Source: Eubacterium sp. CAG:841 (GTDB lineage Bacteria > Bacillota > Clostridia > Oscillospirales > CAG-272). From it: a stretch of 63,634 bases of DNA. The notes under the pieces were generated by a model that saw nothing but the letters and a program-made list of their open reading frames with translations, was not told the DNA's origin and made no database searches. Both the position numbers and the translations under genes were made by a program. Location: assembly GCA_000437375.1 (NCBI GenBank), contig FR898229.1, positions 45,697 to 109,330 on the forward strand, given 5' to 3'. Below, piece by piece: positions 55,121 to 63,634 of this stretch. Each line of letters begins with the position of its first letter. The first letter of the stretch is position 1.

Positions 55121-56428
55121 TCATTTGTTTACTTTGTAATATTTTATCTTTATCTTTCCCTCTCCTGCGATATCCTCGCTCGGAAATCCGGGAAGCCATA
55201 TAACTTTTTCATCGGCACAGATTACAGGCCTGTATTTTTTAGCATCCGGGTCAAAGCCGCCCGTCATCTTTTTAAGCTTACGGGTCATCTTCCAGAAGCG
55301 GTATTTGTCCGACGCGCGACGACTTCTCGCCGTAAGCTTCGCTTCCGGCGGTGCATATCCTTCGCCTACAAGCTCATAACCTTCGGGCATTGACCCGTTG
55401 TCGTTTCCCACCGCTATGCAAAAGCCGTACTGCGAAAAGTTAAGCCCTTCGGAAAGCACCATTTCGTATTCGGGACGAATTTCCTTTTCGCCGTCCGAAA
55501 AAAAGAAGCTACTGCCGTCGCTTTCGGCATATTTCCCTTCGGGAACGGATAGCTTTCCGCCGCATGGCGACTTTATCATCGCAAGAATGTTCTGCTGATG
55601 TTCAAAATCAAGCGTTACGGGAGAAAGCATCGAAATCGCTCTCAATGCAAGTGCGGGGTGACAGTCCGCAAGCTCTGAAACCGGCATTTTGCCTTCCTTT
55701 ACTTTTTTAAGCAGTTTCTCCGCCTCGCGCGTGATATAATCATAGTCAAGCGTAGCGGAGAAATTCATGTTTCCTATGGCTTTTTCCGCCTGCGGAAATA
55801 TTTTTTTCAGCTCCGGCACAATATTTGCGCGTATAAAATTGCGCGTATAATGCGTATCGAAATTTGTTTTGTCCGTAACGAACGAAAGTCTGTTTTCACG
55901 GACAAAGCCTTCTATATCCTCTCTTGTGCAGTCGATAAGCGGTCTGATTATCATTGCTTTTCCGCACGGACGCGAAAAAGGTATTCCTCTCATTCCCGCC
56001 GTACCGCTTCCCCTGCAAAGATTGAAAATCACGGTTTCTGTATTGTCGCTCGCCGTGTGCGCAAGCGCTATATATTTTGCGCCCGCACTTTCCGCTTCGG
56101 AGGAAAGTACTTCGTAGCGCGCGTTCCTCGCCGTTTCTTCAACGGCGCTGTCTCCGCACATTGCGCGGACATCTACCCTGCGGCAGACAAACTCCACGCC
56201 GTGAGCCTGAGCGAATTCACGGCAGAAGTTCTCGTCGGAATCCGCGTCATCGCCGCGAAGCATATGATTTATATGCACAGCTGTAAGCTTATCGGCTCCG
56301 AGCAGCTTTATAAGCACTGTCAAAAGCACTGTGGAATCCGCTCCGCCCGAAAAACCGACGACTGTTTTTCCGTCGATGGTTTTAAGTCTATCCGCCGCGC
56401 GCGCAATTACTTTTTCTGTATAATTCAT
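55121..56428 (-). CDS. tilS: tRNA(Ile)-lysidine synthetase
   Basis: PP-loop 'VVGFSGGADSTVLL' followed by 'HINHMLRG'. Confidence 0.9.
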   Translation of the reverse strand: MNYTEKVIARAADRLKTIDGKTVVGFSGGADSTVLLTVLIKLLGADKLTAVHINHMLRGDDADSDENFCREFAQAHGVEFVCRRVDVRAMCGDSAVEETARNARYEVLSSEAESAGAKYIALAHTASDNTETVIFNLCRGSGTAGMRGIPFSRPCGKAMIIRPLIDCTREDIEGFVRENRLSFVTDKTNFDTHYTRNFIRANIVPELKKIFPQAEKAIGNMNFSATLDYDYITREAEKLLKKVKEGKMPVSELADCHPALALRAISMLSPVTLDFEHQQNILAMIKSPCGGKLSVPEGKYAESDGSSFFFSDGEKEIRPEYEMVLSEGLNFSQYGFCIAVGNDNGSMPEGYELVGEGYAPPEAKLTARSRRASDKYRFWKMTRKLKKMTGGFDPDAKKYRPVICADEKVIWLPGFPSEDIAGEGKIKIKYYKVNK

Positions 56429-56430
56429 AA

Positions 56431-57771
56431 TCAGTTACCGCCGGAATCTTCCTGGGCAGCTGTTACAAATTTCGTATATTGCCCTATCCAGCCGAGTTTT
56501 ATCGTTCCTGCCGAACCGTGACGGTTTTTCGCTATGATAAGCTCCGCTTCGGTTGACGCTGAATCCGCTTTTGCATAGTCGCCGTGAAGGAACATAACTA
56601 TATCGGCATCCTGCTCTATCTGTCCCGATTCGCGAAGATCCGAAAGTCCGGGCTTTGCGTTTTCGCCCGTTCTCGATGTCGGAGCACGCGAAAGCTGAGC
56701 ACAGCATATAACCGGAATCCCGAGATCTTTTGCAAGAAGCTTGAGTCCTCTCGATATTTCACCAACCTCGTTTACTCGGTTTTCGGCTTTTTTATCGCCC
56801 TGCATAAGCTGAAGATAGTCTATTACAACAAGTCCGAGATTTTTCATTCTGCGGAGCTTGGCTTTTATCTGCGTAACCGTTATTGCGGCTGTATCGTCAA
56901 TCTGTATGTCGCACGATGAAAGATCGGCTGCCGCCTTTGCAAGATGATCGTAATCCGAGCCCGAAATCTTTCCCGAGCGGATAGCATAACTGTCAACAAA
57001 CGCTTCGCTCGAAAGCATTCTCGAAGCGAGCTGAGTCGTCGTCATCTCAAGGGAGAACACGCATACCGTCTTCTTTGTGGATTTTGCGATATTCGTCGCT
57101 ATATTCATCGCAAACGAAGTTTTACCCATACCCGGTCTTGCGCCTATGATGACCATATCTCCCGGAGTAAGTCCGACTATGCACCTGTCAAGATCGGCGT
57201 AACCGGTTTTCACGCCTGCGGCGGCTTCGGGATCTTTTCTCACCTTGTCAAGCTGGTTGAAGGCTTCAACAAGCGCTTCTTTTATAGAAACAAAGTTCTT
57301 TATATCCGATGTGCGCGAAAGATTGAATATCTTCTGCTCGGCATCGTCAAGGATATATTTCACCTCGCCTCTTGCAGCATAAGCGTTATCCGTTATCTCT
57401 TCGGAAGCGTCTATCAGCGCACGGAGAACAGCCTTGTCGTGTACTATCCGCGCGTAGTCCTTTACATTCGACGCGGAAGGAACGACGTCCGCTATAACCC
57501 CGACGTATTTCTTACATTCGTCGGCAGAATAAACGCCGCGCTCGGTAAGAATGTTTATAAGCGTTACAATATCTATATTGCGGTTCTTGTTAAAGAGCTC
57601 GCACATGGCATCGAATATCTCGCCGTGCTCGGGAATATAAAAATCCGCCGCCGAAATTATGTCTATCAGTCCCGTTATACATTCGGGATCTATAAGCACC
57701 GAGCCGAGAACCGACTGCTCCGCTTCAACCGAAAAGGGTTTTGTTTTCTGAATGTCTGCCAAAACCGGCAC
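56431..57771 (-). CDS. dnaB: Replicative DNA helicase
   Basis: 'SVEAEQSVLGSVLID', Walker A 'GARPGMGKTSF' and 'VVIDYLQLM' are present. The start is either the GTG at 57771 or the TTG at 57762, the latter 8 nt after GGAGG. Confidence 0.95.
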   Translation of the reverse strand: MPVLADIQKTKPFSVEAEQSVLGSVLIDPECITGLIDIISAADFYIPEHGEIFDAMCELFNKNRNIDIVTLINILTERGVYSADECKKYVGVIADVVPSASNVKDYARIVHDKAVLRALIDASEEITDNAYAARGEVKYILDDAEQKIFNLSRTSDIKNFVSIKEALVEAFNQLDKVRKDPEAAAGVKTGYADLDRCIVGLTPGDMVIIGARPGMGKTSFAMNIATNIAKSTKKTVCVFSLEMTTTQLASRMLSSEAFVDSYAIRSGKISGSDYDHLAKAAADLSSCDIQIDDTAAITVTQIKAKLRRMKNLGLVVIDYLQLMQGDKKAENRVNEVGEISRGLKLLAKDLGIPVICCAQLSRAPTSRTGENAKPGLSDLRESGQIEQDADIVMFLHGDYAKADSASTEAELIIAKNRHGSAGTIKLGWIGQYTKFVTAAQEDSGGN

Positions 57772-57783
57772 CTCCGTGATTTT

Positions 57784-58233
57784 TTATTTGCCCGACTGAG
57801 TAACCACTACGTTAATTTTTCCCGTTATTTCGGGGAAAAGCTTTATTTCGGGAGTATAGCTTCCGAAAGCCTTTATCGCATCCATTGAGATCTTTCTCTT
57901 GTCGACCTCTATCCCGTGCTGAGAAAGAAGCGCATCCGCTACGTCCTTTGCAGTTACCGCACCGTAAAGACGGTCGCCCTCTCCCGCCGACACCTTTATT
58001 ATTACCTGTACGCTTTCAAGCTTTGCCTTTGTTTCAAGGGCGGCTGCTTTTTCAAGTTCTATCTGGCGGAGTCTCTTTTCTTCCTTGCCTTTTATTTCGT
58101 TCATAACTTTGTTGTCCGCAACAATAGCGAGCTTCTTCGGGAAAAGGAAGTTGCGCGCATATCCTTCTGAAACGTCTATTACCTGATCTTTTTTTCCCTG
58201 ACCTCTTACGTCAGCCAAAAGAACTACTTTCAT
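57784..58233 (-). CDS. rplI: 50S ribosomal protein L9
   Basis: 'MKVVLLADVRGQGKKDQVIDVSEGYARNFLFPKKLA' is canonical L9. Confidence 0.95.
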   Translation of the reverse strand: MKVVLLADVRGQGKKDQVIDVSEGYARNFLFPKKLAIVADNKVMNEIKGKEEKRLRQIELEKAAALETKAKLESVQVIIKVSAGEGDRLYGAVTAKDVADALLSQHGIEVDKRKISMDAIKAFGSYTPEIKLFPEITGKINVVVTQSGK

Positions 58234-58504
58234 ATTTTTACCTCCTGCCGCGCTGCGGCACCGTTGATTTTTATAAGTATTCCGGTAAAATAAATGGTAT
58301 CATATAATTTACTTCAAGTCAATAATATAAAATAATTTTAGGCTGATATTTACAAACGCGAAGGAAAATATTCGTCATTCAAGTCAATTGCATTGCGCTT
58401 TGATTTATGCTATACTTTATTCTGCAAAGAAATTTTGAAATATCAGACGGAAAAGCGTCGTCTTAACAGGCGAAATACTTTTCCCCGAAAGGAATCAAAC
58501 GACG

Positions 58505-60433
58505 ATGAAAAATTTTCTGTGTCTGTTTTTGGCTTTTATAATTTGCTTTGCCGTCACAGCCTGCTCCGCAAGTAACGGAAAGGAAACAACGGCGGATACC
58601 AAAACAACCGAATCGACAACAAAACCCGACGCTCCTCCGGAGCCGTCTGACAAACCCGGAGAGAATAAAATGATAACGCAAAAAGCCGGAAAATATGCTT
58701 CGATCGTTTACAATCCGGCGTACTGCTCCGTCTCTGCAGAGATCAGAAAGGGCGTCGGCTCAAAGGAAGAAATAACTCTGCGGATAAAAATGTTCGGCGG
58801 ATATTCCTTTGACGGCTGGTCACAGATATCGGCGCTTCCGAACGAAAACGCTACGGTCTATGTCAGTGACGCCGCAGGAAAAAGAGCTGCAAAAAAGCTC
58901 GCGGAGCTTGTCGGCGGAACGCTTCTGCTTTCAAATGAAGCCGAATACACCTTCACCGCTTCAAAAGATATCAACGTATATGCAAATTACAGCGTATCGG
59001 TAATATATAATGCGAACGGAGGCACGGCAAAGGACGGCGGAGAACTGTACACGCAAAAGTATTCCGTAGTTATGTATAAATGTCCGAACACTCTTCCGGA
59101 CAAGGGATATTTCGTCCGTGACGGATACACTCTCGTCGAATACAATACAAAAGCCGACGGCAGCGGCACAGCCGTAGGACTCGGTTCAAGAATCGCCACG
59201 GGCGGCGAAAGCTCGATGGAGCTTTACTGTATATGGAAAAAACAATCGCCGTCCTCCGATTTTGAATATACTTCGGGCGACAGCGGAATAAGCATCTCCA
59301 AATATACGGGAAAAGACAAAAACATTGTAATTCCCGAAATTATAGACGGCAAAAACGTTTATAAAATAGAAAAAAGCGCGTTTGCAGGTTCGGATATCGA
59401 ATACGTCGTTATACCGAAAACAGTGACAAAAGCAGAGGACGGAGCTTTTTCCGATTGCAGCTCGCTTGAAACGCTCGTCATTTTCGATACGCTGACAAAT
59501 GTCTCCGACGAAAGCTTTGAAAACTGCGGAAAGCTCAAAAATCTCCGCATAAACGCCGCGCTCGACCATTATGCCTCCGTAACCGACGGCAATAACAAGA
59601 TCGACCGCGTCATCTGGGCTAAGACCACGGGCAAAAAGCTTATCGTCATCGTCGGAGGTTCAGGCTCGATAAACGGCTTCGACAGCGCTGCGATATCCGA
59701 AAAATACGGCGACGAATACGTTATAATAAATCTCGGCACGAATGCAAACATATCGGCAACGATATATTTTGAATATCTCTCCTCCGTTCTTGATAAGGAC
59801 GATATCATACTGTGGGCGCCCGAAGCGGGAGAATATGTTCTCGGCTACACGGCAATGCACATAAGAGCATGGGAATTTCAGTCAGGACATTACGATATTT
59901 TCAGAAGCGTCGATATTTCAAAATATACAAAGGTATTCTCGTCCTTTGCATCCTACGCCAGGGCGCACAAATCCTCCGAAGAGCCGTTTGACGCATTTAT
60001 GCTCTCCTCGTCAGACTATAAGATCCCGTATTACAACGAATACGGCGATGCGATCGAACCGAGAGCTCATCAGGAAAAGTCCTACAAAGGCGAATACAGC
60101 TATTCGTTTGAAAAATGCGGTTCGGGCTTTGAAAAAGGTGCGTACGACTATATGGCGTCCGTTATAGAAAGCATGACGTCGCGCGATATAAAAGTGTGGC
60201 TGGTATATGCTGCGATGGATAAAGAAGCCGAAAAATCATTTGACGACTTTATGGACAAATTTACAGCTGCCGTAAAGGAAAAATACAAAGGCACAGAGGT
60301 AATCTCCGATTATCACAATATCCTTATGGAGGATAAATACATGTCGGACTCGGCATGGCATTTGACACTTGAAGGCGCGGCAAAGCGCACGAAGACCGTC
60401 ATTTCGGACTTAAACAAAAAACTCGGAAAATAA
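58505..60433 (+). CDS. Surface lipoprotein: Listeria-Bacteroides-type repeat + BspA-type LRR + C-terminal domain paralogous to 62166-63605
   Basis: Lipobox 'FAVTACSAS'. 'GYTLVEYNTKADGSG...LYCIWKK' is a Flg_new-like repeat. 'VIPKTVTKAEDGAFSDCSSLETLVI' is the LRR. The C-terminal 'LIVIVGGSGSINGFDS...WAPEAG' aligns to 'IIVIGGSSVPFGVDS...IAPETD' in the 62166-63605 product. Confidence 0.6.
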   Translation: MKNFLCLFLAFIICFAVTACSASNGKETTADTKTTESTTKPDAPPEPSDKPGENKMITQKAGKYASIVYNPAYCSVSAEIRKGVGSKEEITLRIKMFGGYSFDGWSQISALPNENATVYVSDAAGKRAAKKLAELVGGTLLLSNEAEYTFTASKDINVYANYSVSVIYNANGGTAKDGGELYTQKYSVVMYKCPNTLPDKGYFVRDGYTLVEYNTKADGSGTAVGLGSRIATGGESSMELYCIWKKQSPSSDFEYTSGDSGISISKYTGKDKNIVIPEIIDGKNVYKIEKSAFAGSDIEYVVIPKTVTKAEDGAFSDCSSLETLVIFDTLTNVSDESFENCGKLKNLRINAALDHYASVTDGNNKIDRVIWAKTTGKKLIVIVGGSGSINGFDSAAISEKYGDEYVIINLGTNANISATIYFEYLSSVLDKDDIILWAPEAGEYVLGYTAMHIRAWEFQSGHYDIFRSVDISKYTKVFSSFASYARAHKSSEEPFDAFMLSSSDYKIPYYNEYGDAIEPRAHQEKSYKGEYSYSFEKCGSGFEKGAYDYMASVIESMTSRDIKVWLVYAAMDKEAEKSFDDFMDKFTAAVKEKYKGTEVISDYHNILMEDKYMSDSAWHLTLEGAAKRTKTVISDLNKKLGK

Positions 60434-60443
60434 GGGGGAAAAT

Positions 60444-60701
60444 ATGTTTCCGGAAAACGACATCATTTTTACTTCCGTCTGGCCCTGGATACTGATAGCG
60501 GTATCCGTCGGGCTTACGGTACTTGAAGCGCTTATGAAAAAACGAGCGATATTTGCGCTTGTCTCCGCCGTGTTCACGGCGGCGTCGACTGTGGTGCTGC
60601 TCATTCTCGGCGGAAGCCTTTGCGATATGCTTCTGCTTGTAATTGCAACACTCGCCGTGCGACTGCTTTTTGAAATAATAGAAAGGAGACGCGCCAAATG
60701 A
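60444..60701 (+). CDS. Small 3-TM membrane protein
   Basis: 85 aa with an AAGGGGG RBS. The stop overlaps the MBOAT start. Confidence 0.55.
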   Translation: MFPENDIIFTSVWPWILIAVSVGLTVLEALMKKRAIFALVSAVFTAASTVVLLILGGSLCDMLLLVIATLAVRLLFEIIERRRAK

Positions 60702-62149
60702 CATTCAACTCGTGGGAATTTCTCGTATTCTATCCGATAACGCTCCTTCTGTATTTTCTTCTGCCGAAAAAATGGAGCAGAATAAGCCTGCTCTTTATGA
60801 GCGCAATATTCTACCTTGCATGGAACTACAAACTTATAGTGCTTATAATGTTCACAACGGCGGTATCGTACTTCTGTGCAAGAATAATTGAAAAAACGGA
60901 GAAAAAAGCCGTCAAAAAGCTGTGTATAGTGGTCACGCTGATAGCGTGTCTCGGTGTGCTTTTCTTCTTCAAATATTATAACTTCATAGCGGAAACGCTG
61001 GGATGGGCGATAGCAGCGGCAGGCGGCGGAACATACGATTTCACGCTTAACCTCGTTCTGCCCGTAGGCATTTCGTTCTACACCTTCCAGACTCTTTCCT
61101 ACGCGATAGACGTTTACAGAGGCACCGAAAAGGCTGAAAGGGACTTTGCGCTTTACTGTCTTTTCGTCACGTTCTTCCCGCAGCTCGTTGCGGGACCTAT
61201 CGAACGTCCCGGAAACCTCATCCCTCAGCTTCGCGAAAAAAACAAGCTGACGGCTGACAACGCCCGCGCGGGACTTTGGAAAATGGGTGTCGGTTTCTTC
61301 AAAAAAATAGTCGTCGCCGACCTCATAGCCGAGTATGTAAACGCCGTATTCAACTCTCCCGAAACGGCGACCGGCTTCGGCGTGGCAATAGGCTCAATGC
61401 TTTTTGCCGCACAGATCTACTGCGATTTCTCAGGCTATACGGACATAGCCATAGGTTGCTCCCGCGTTATGGGCATACGCCTTATGAAAAACTTTGACCG
61501 TCCGTATACGTCGCAAACGATAAAGGAATTCTGGAACAGATGGCACATAAGCCTTTCAACATGGCTGCGCGACTATCTCTACTTCCCTCTCGGCGGAAGC
61601 AGATGCTCAAAACCGCGCCATATGTTCAATATATTTGTTGTGTTCCTTGCGAGCGGACTCTGGCACGGCGCCAATTGGACGTTCGTTCTCTGGGGAATAC
61701 TGCACGGAATTTACAGAATAGTCGGCGAGCTTACATATCCCACACGCGAAAAACTGTGGGCAAAGCTCGGAGTAAATACAAAATCCGCTCCGATTGTAAT
61801 ACTGCGCCGGATAAATACTTTTATTCTCGTATGTTTCTCATGGATACTTTTCCGCGCAAATTCGCTTTCCGATCTCCGTGTGCTGCTTACAAAGCTCTTC
61901 ACGTCATGGGGAAGCCTGCCTGAAACGCTTTCCGCAATGGGACTCGGAGCCGCAGCAATAATCGTAACAATACTTTCTATTATCGTGCTTGACGAATTCG
62001 ATATTCTCACAGGATATGAAAGTGACGGGCTTGCCGTATGCAAGCGCGGCAAAACAAGCGTGGTATGGTGCGTATGGGCTGTCGCCGTAGCATGGATAAT
62101 GCTTCTTTCCGTAGGCGGAGCAAGCTCATTCATCTATTTCCAATTCTGA
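60698..62149 (+). CDS. MBOAT-family membrane O-acyltransferase (DltB/AlgI-like)
   Basis: 'FYTFQTLSYAIDVYRG', 'FFPQLVAGPIERP' and the catalytic-His context 'FWNRWHISLSTWLRDYLYFPLGG...GLWHG' are present. Confidence 0.9.
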   Translation: MTFNSWEFLVFYPITLLLYFLLPKKWSRISLLFMSAIFYLAWNYKLIVLIMFTTAVSYFCARIIEKTEKKAVKKLCIVVTLIACLGVLFFFKYYNFIAETLGWAIAAAGGGTYDFTLNLVLPVGISFYTFQTLSYAIDVYRGTEKAERDFALYCLFVTFFPQLVAGPIERPGNLIPQLREKNKLTADNARAGLWKMGVGFFKKIVVADLIAEYVNAVFNSPETATGFGVAIGSMLFAAQIYCDFSGYTDIAIGCSRVMGIRLMKNFDRPYTSQTIKEFWNRWHISLSTWLRDYLYFPLGGSRCSKPRHMFNIFVVFLASGLWHGANWTFVLWGILHGIYRIVGELTYPTREKLWAKLGVNTKSAPIVILRRINTFILVCFSWILFRANSLSDLRVLLTKLFTSWGSLPETLSAMGLGAAAIIVTILSIIVLDEFDILTGYESDGLAVCKRGKTSVVWCVWAVAVAWIMLLSVGGASSFIYFQF

Positions 62150-62165
62150 TCGGAGGTAACAGTAT

Positions 62166-63605
62166 ATGAAAAAAGCATGGATATGTTTTATCTGCCTTTT
62201 GCTTTGCGTACTGATTCCGTTCGGAACAGTCGCGGCAATAGGCTTCGGCTTGCCGTCGCAATTCGGGAATACATTTCTCGGCGAGCTTGAAAACAAAGTA
62301 AATCGTCTTTATTCGATAGATAAACCGAAAATAATAGTGATCGGCGGAAGCAGCGTTCCGTTCGGCGTGGATTCAAAGCTTATGGAAAAAGCTCTCGGTA
62401 TGCCGTGTGTAAATTTCGGTCTTTACGCAACGCTCGGAACAAAGCTGATGCTCGATCTTTCAAAGGGCGCGATAAAGGAAGGCGACATTATAATCATCGC
62501 GCCGGAAACCGACGCTCAAACCTATTCCCTGTATTTCAATGCGGAATCGGCATGGCAGGCATGCGACAGCGACTTTTCGATCCTCACAAAAATGTCCCGC
62601 AAGGATTTTGCCGCAATGCTCGGCGGTTTCTGGAAATATTCCGCACAAAAGCTAAAATACTATCGCGCAGACTCACCGCTCGATCCTTCGGGAGTTTACA
62701 ACAAAAAATCCTTTGACGAATACGGGGATATCGTCTTCAAGCGCGAATACAACATCATGGCCGACGGTCACGACAGCTCCTCCGTAATAAAATTTTCAAA
62801 GGATATAATCAGCTCCGACTTTATTGATTACGTAAACGATTACACCGCTTACGCAAAGAAAAAGGGCGCGACGGTATATTTTTCGTTTGCCCCCGCCAAT
62901 GAGGACGCAATAGATCCCGATACGACGCTTGAAAGCCTTGAAGAATTCACAAAATTCATAAGCGACAATTTTGACTGTCAGGTGATAAGCGATCCCAACA
63001 ATTATCTTTATCGCAGCGGATATTTCTATGACAGCAACTTTCATATGAACGACGCCGGAATGATACTTCATACCGCGACGCTCGCAGGCGATATAGCAAA
63101 GGCTATGGGAAAAGAGCTTCTCTGCGAGATCGAAATCCCCGAAGTTCCCGTAAAGCCCGACGACGATGACGATGATTACGATGTAAGCTATGATGAGAAC
63201 TCAAAATACTTCACATACGAAGAAAGCAAAGCAGGATATATAATCACCGGAACAACGGACGAGGCAAAGGGTATGAGCTCGCTCACAACGCCAAGAGCCT
63301 ATAACGGAAAGCGCGTATTCTCAATAGCGCGCGGCGCCTTTGACGGTTGCTCCTCTCTTACGGATATATACGTTACAACAGGAATATCTCAGATAGGCGA
63401 CGGAGCGTTCTCCGGTGCGCCGAGTCTCAAAAAGATTCACATCCTGAATACCGATCCTGACAAAACGACCGTAAACAACGTAACGCAGGGACTTACCGAC
63501 GGCATGGCAAAAGGAGCAATGTTCTATGTTCCCACAGGCTGCTCGGGAGAATTCTCCGCAAACTATTTCTGGGGTCCGTATGCGGATTATATAACAGAAG
63601 AATAA
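62166..63605 (+). CDS. Membrane-anchored MBOAT partner-like protein (DltD/SGNH-like impression) with a C-terminal BspA-type LRR
   Basis: It has an N-terminal TM segment. 'IIVIGGSSVPFGVDS' and 'FHMNDAG' motifs are present. An acidic linker DDDDDDYD precedes the C-terminal LRR 'ARGAFDGCSSLTDIYV...IGDGAFSG'. Confidence 0.55.
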   Translation: MKKAWICFICLLLCVLIPFGTVAAIGFGLPSQFGNTFLGELENKVNRLYSIDKPKIIVIGGSSVPFGVDSKLMEKALGMPCVNFGLYATLGTKLMLDLSKGAIKEGDIIIIAPETDAQTYSLYFNAESAWQACDSDFSILTKMSRKDFAAMLGGFWKYSAQKLKYYRADSPLDPSGVYNKKSFDEYGDIVFKREYNIMADGHDSSSVIKFSKDIISSDFIDYVNDYTAYAKKKGATVYFSFAPANEDAIDPDTTLESLEEFTKFISDNFDCQVISDPNNYLYRSGYFYDSNFHMNDAGMILHTATLAGDIAKAMGKELLCEIEIPEVPVKPDDDDDDYDVSYDENSKYFTYEESKAGYIITGTTDEAKGMSSLTTPRAYNGKRVFSIARGAFDGCSSLTDIYVTTGISQIGDGAFSGAPSLKKIHILNTDPDKTTVNNVTQGLTDGMAKGAMFYVPTGCSGEFSANYFWGPYADYITEE

Positions 63606-63634
63606 CAAAATAAAAAATCAGCCGCACTTTTGAG

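Overview
The window looks like a chromosomal segment from a low/medium-GC Gram-positive anaerobe. I infer Clostridia-like from gene content (SpoVB-type flippase, PFOR, AddA, YfhO, RqcH, DarA), GGAGG-type ribosome-binding sites and many stem-loop + T-run terminators. No database search was possible. Most of the window is housekeeping: trmB, rpmB, rpsO-pnp, fba, addA, PFOR, rqcH, obg, ligA, hpt-tilS-dnaB-rplI. There are also some cell-envelope and sugar-metabolism genes. The clear accessory region is a 7.9-kb element (11289-19254) inserted in the 3' half of a tRNA-Lys(UUU) gene. It is bounded by perfect 40-bp direct repeats. It carries a tyrosine integrase, an HUH rolling-circle Rep, a Zot/pI-like P-loop ATPase, a run of small signal-peptide/TM coat-like proteins, a 774-aa pIII-like protein and an XRE repressor. 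This is the architecture of an integrated filamentous (inovirus-like) prophage of a Gram-positive host, with several atypical features. Other points worth a second look:
- mosaic tandem esterase paralogs
- an in-frame 30-bp tandem duplication inside addA helicase motif Ia
- an untracked 31-aa Cys-rich small ORF
- an ABC-DUF1854-DarA operon
- a ~115-bp repeat family in inverted orientation flanking a 10.6-kb block
- an MBOAT O-acyltransferase cluster with LRR-fused partner proteins
All functional calls rest on motif and family recognition by eye and should be confirmed by HMM or structure searches.
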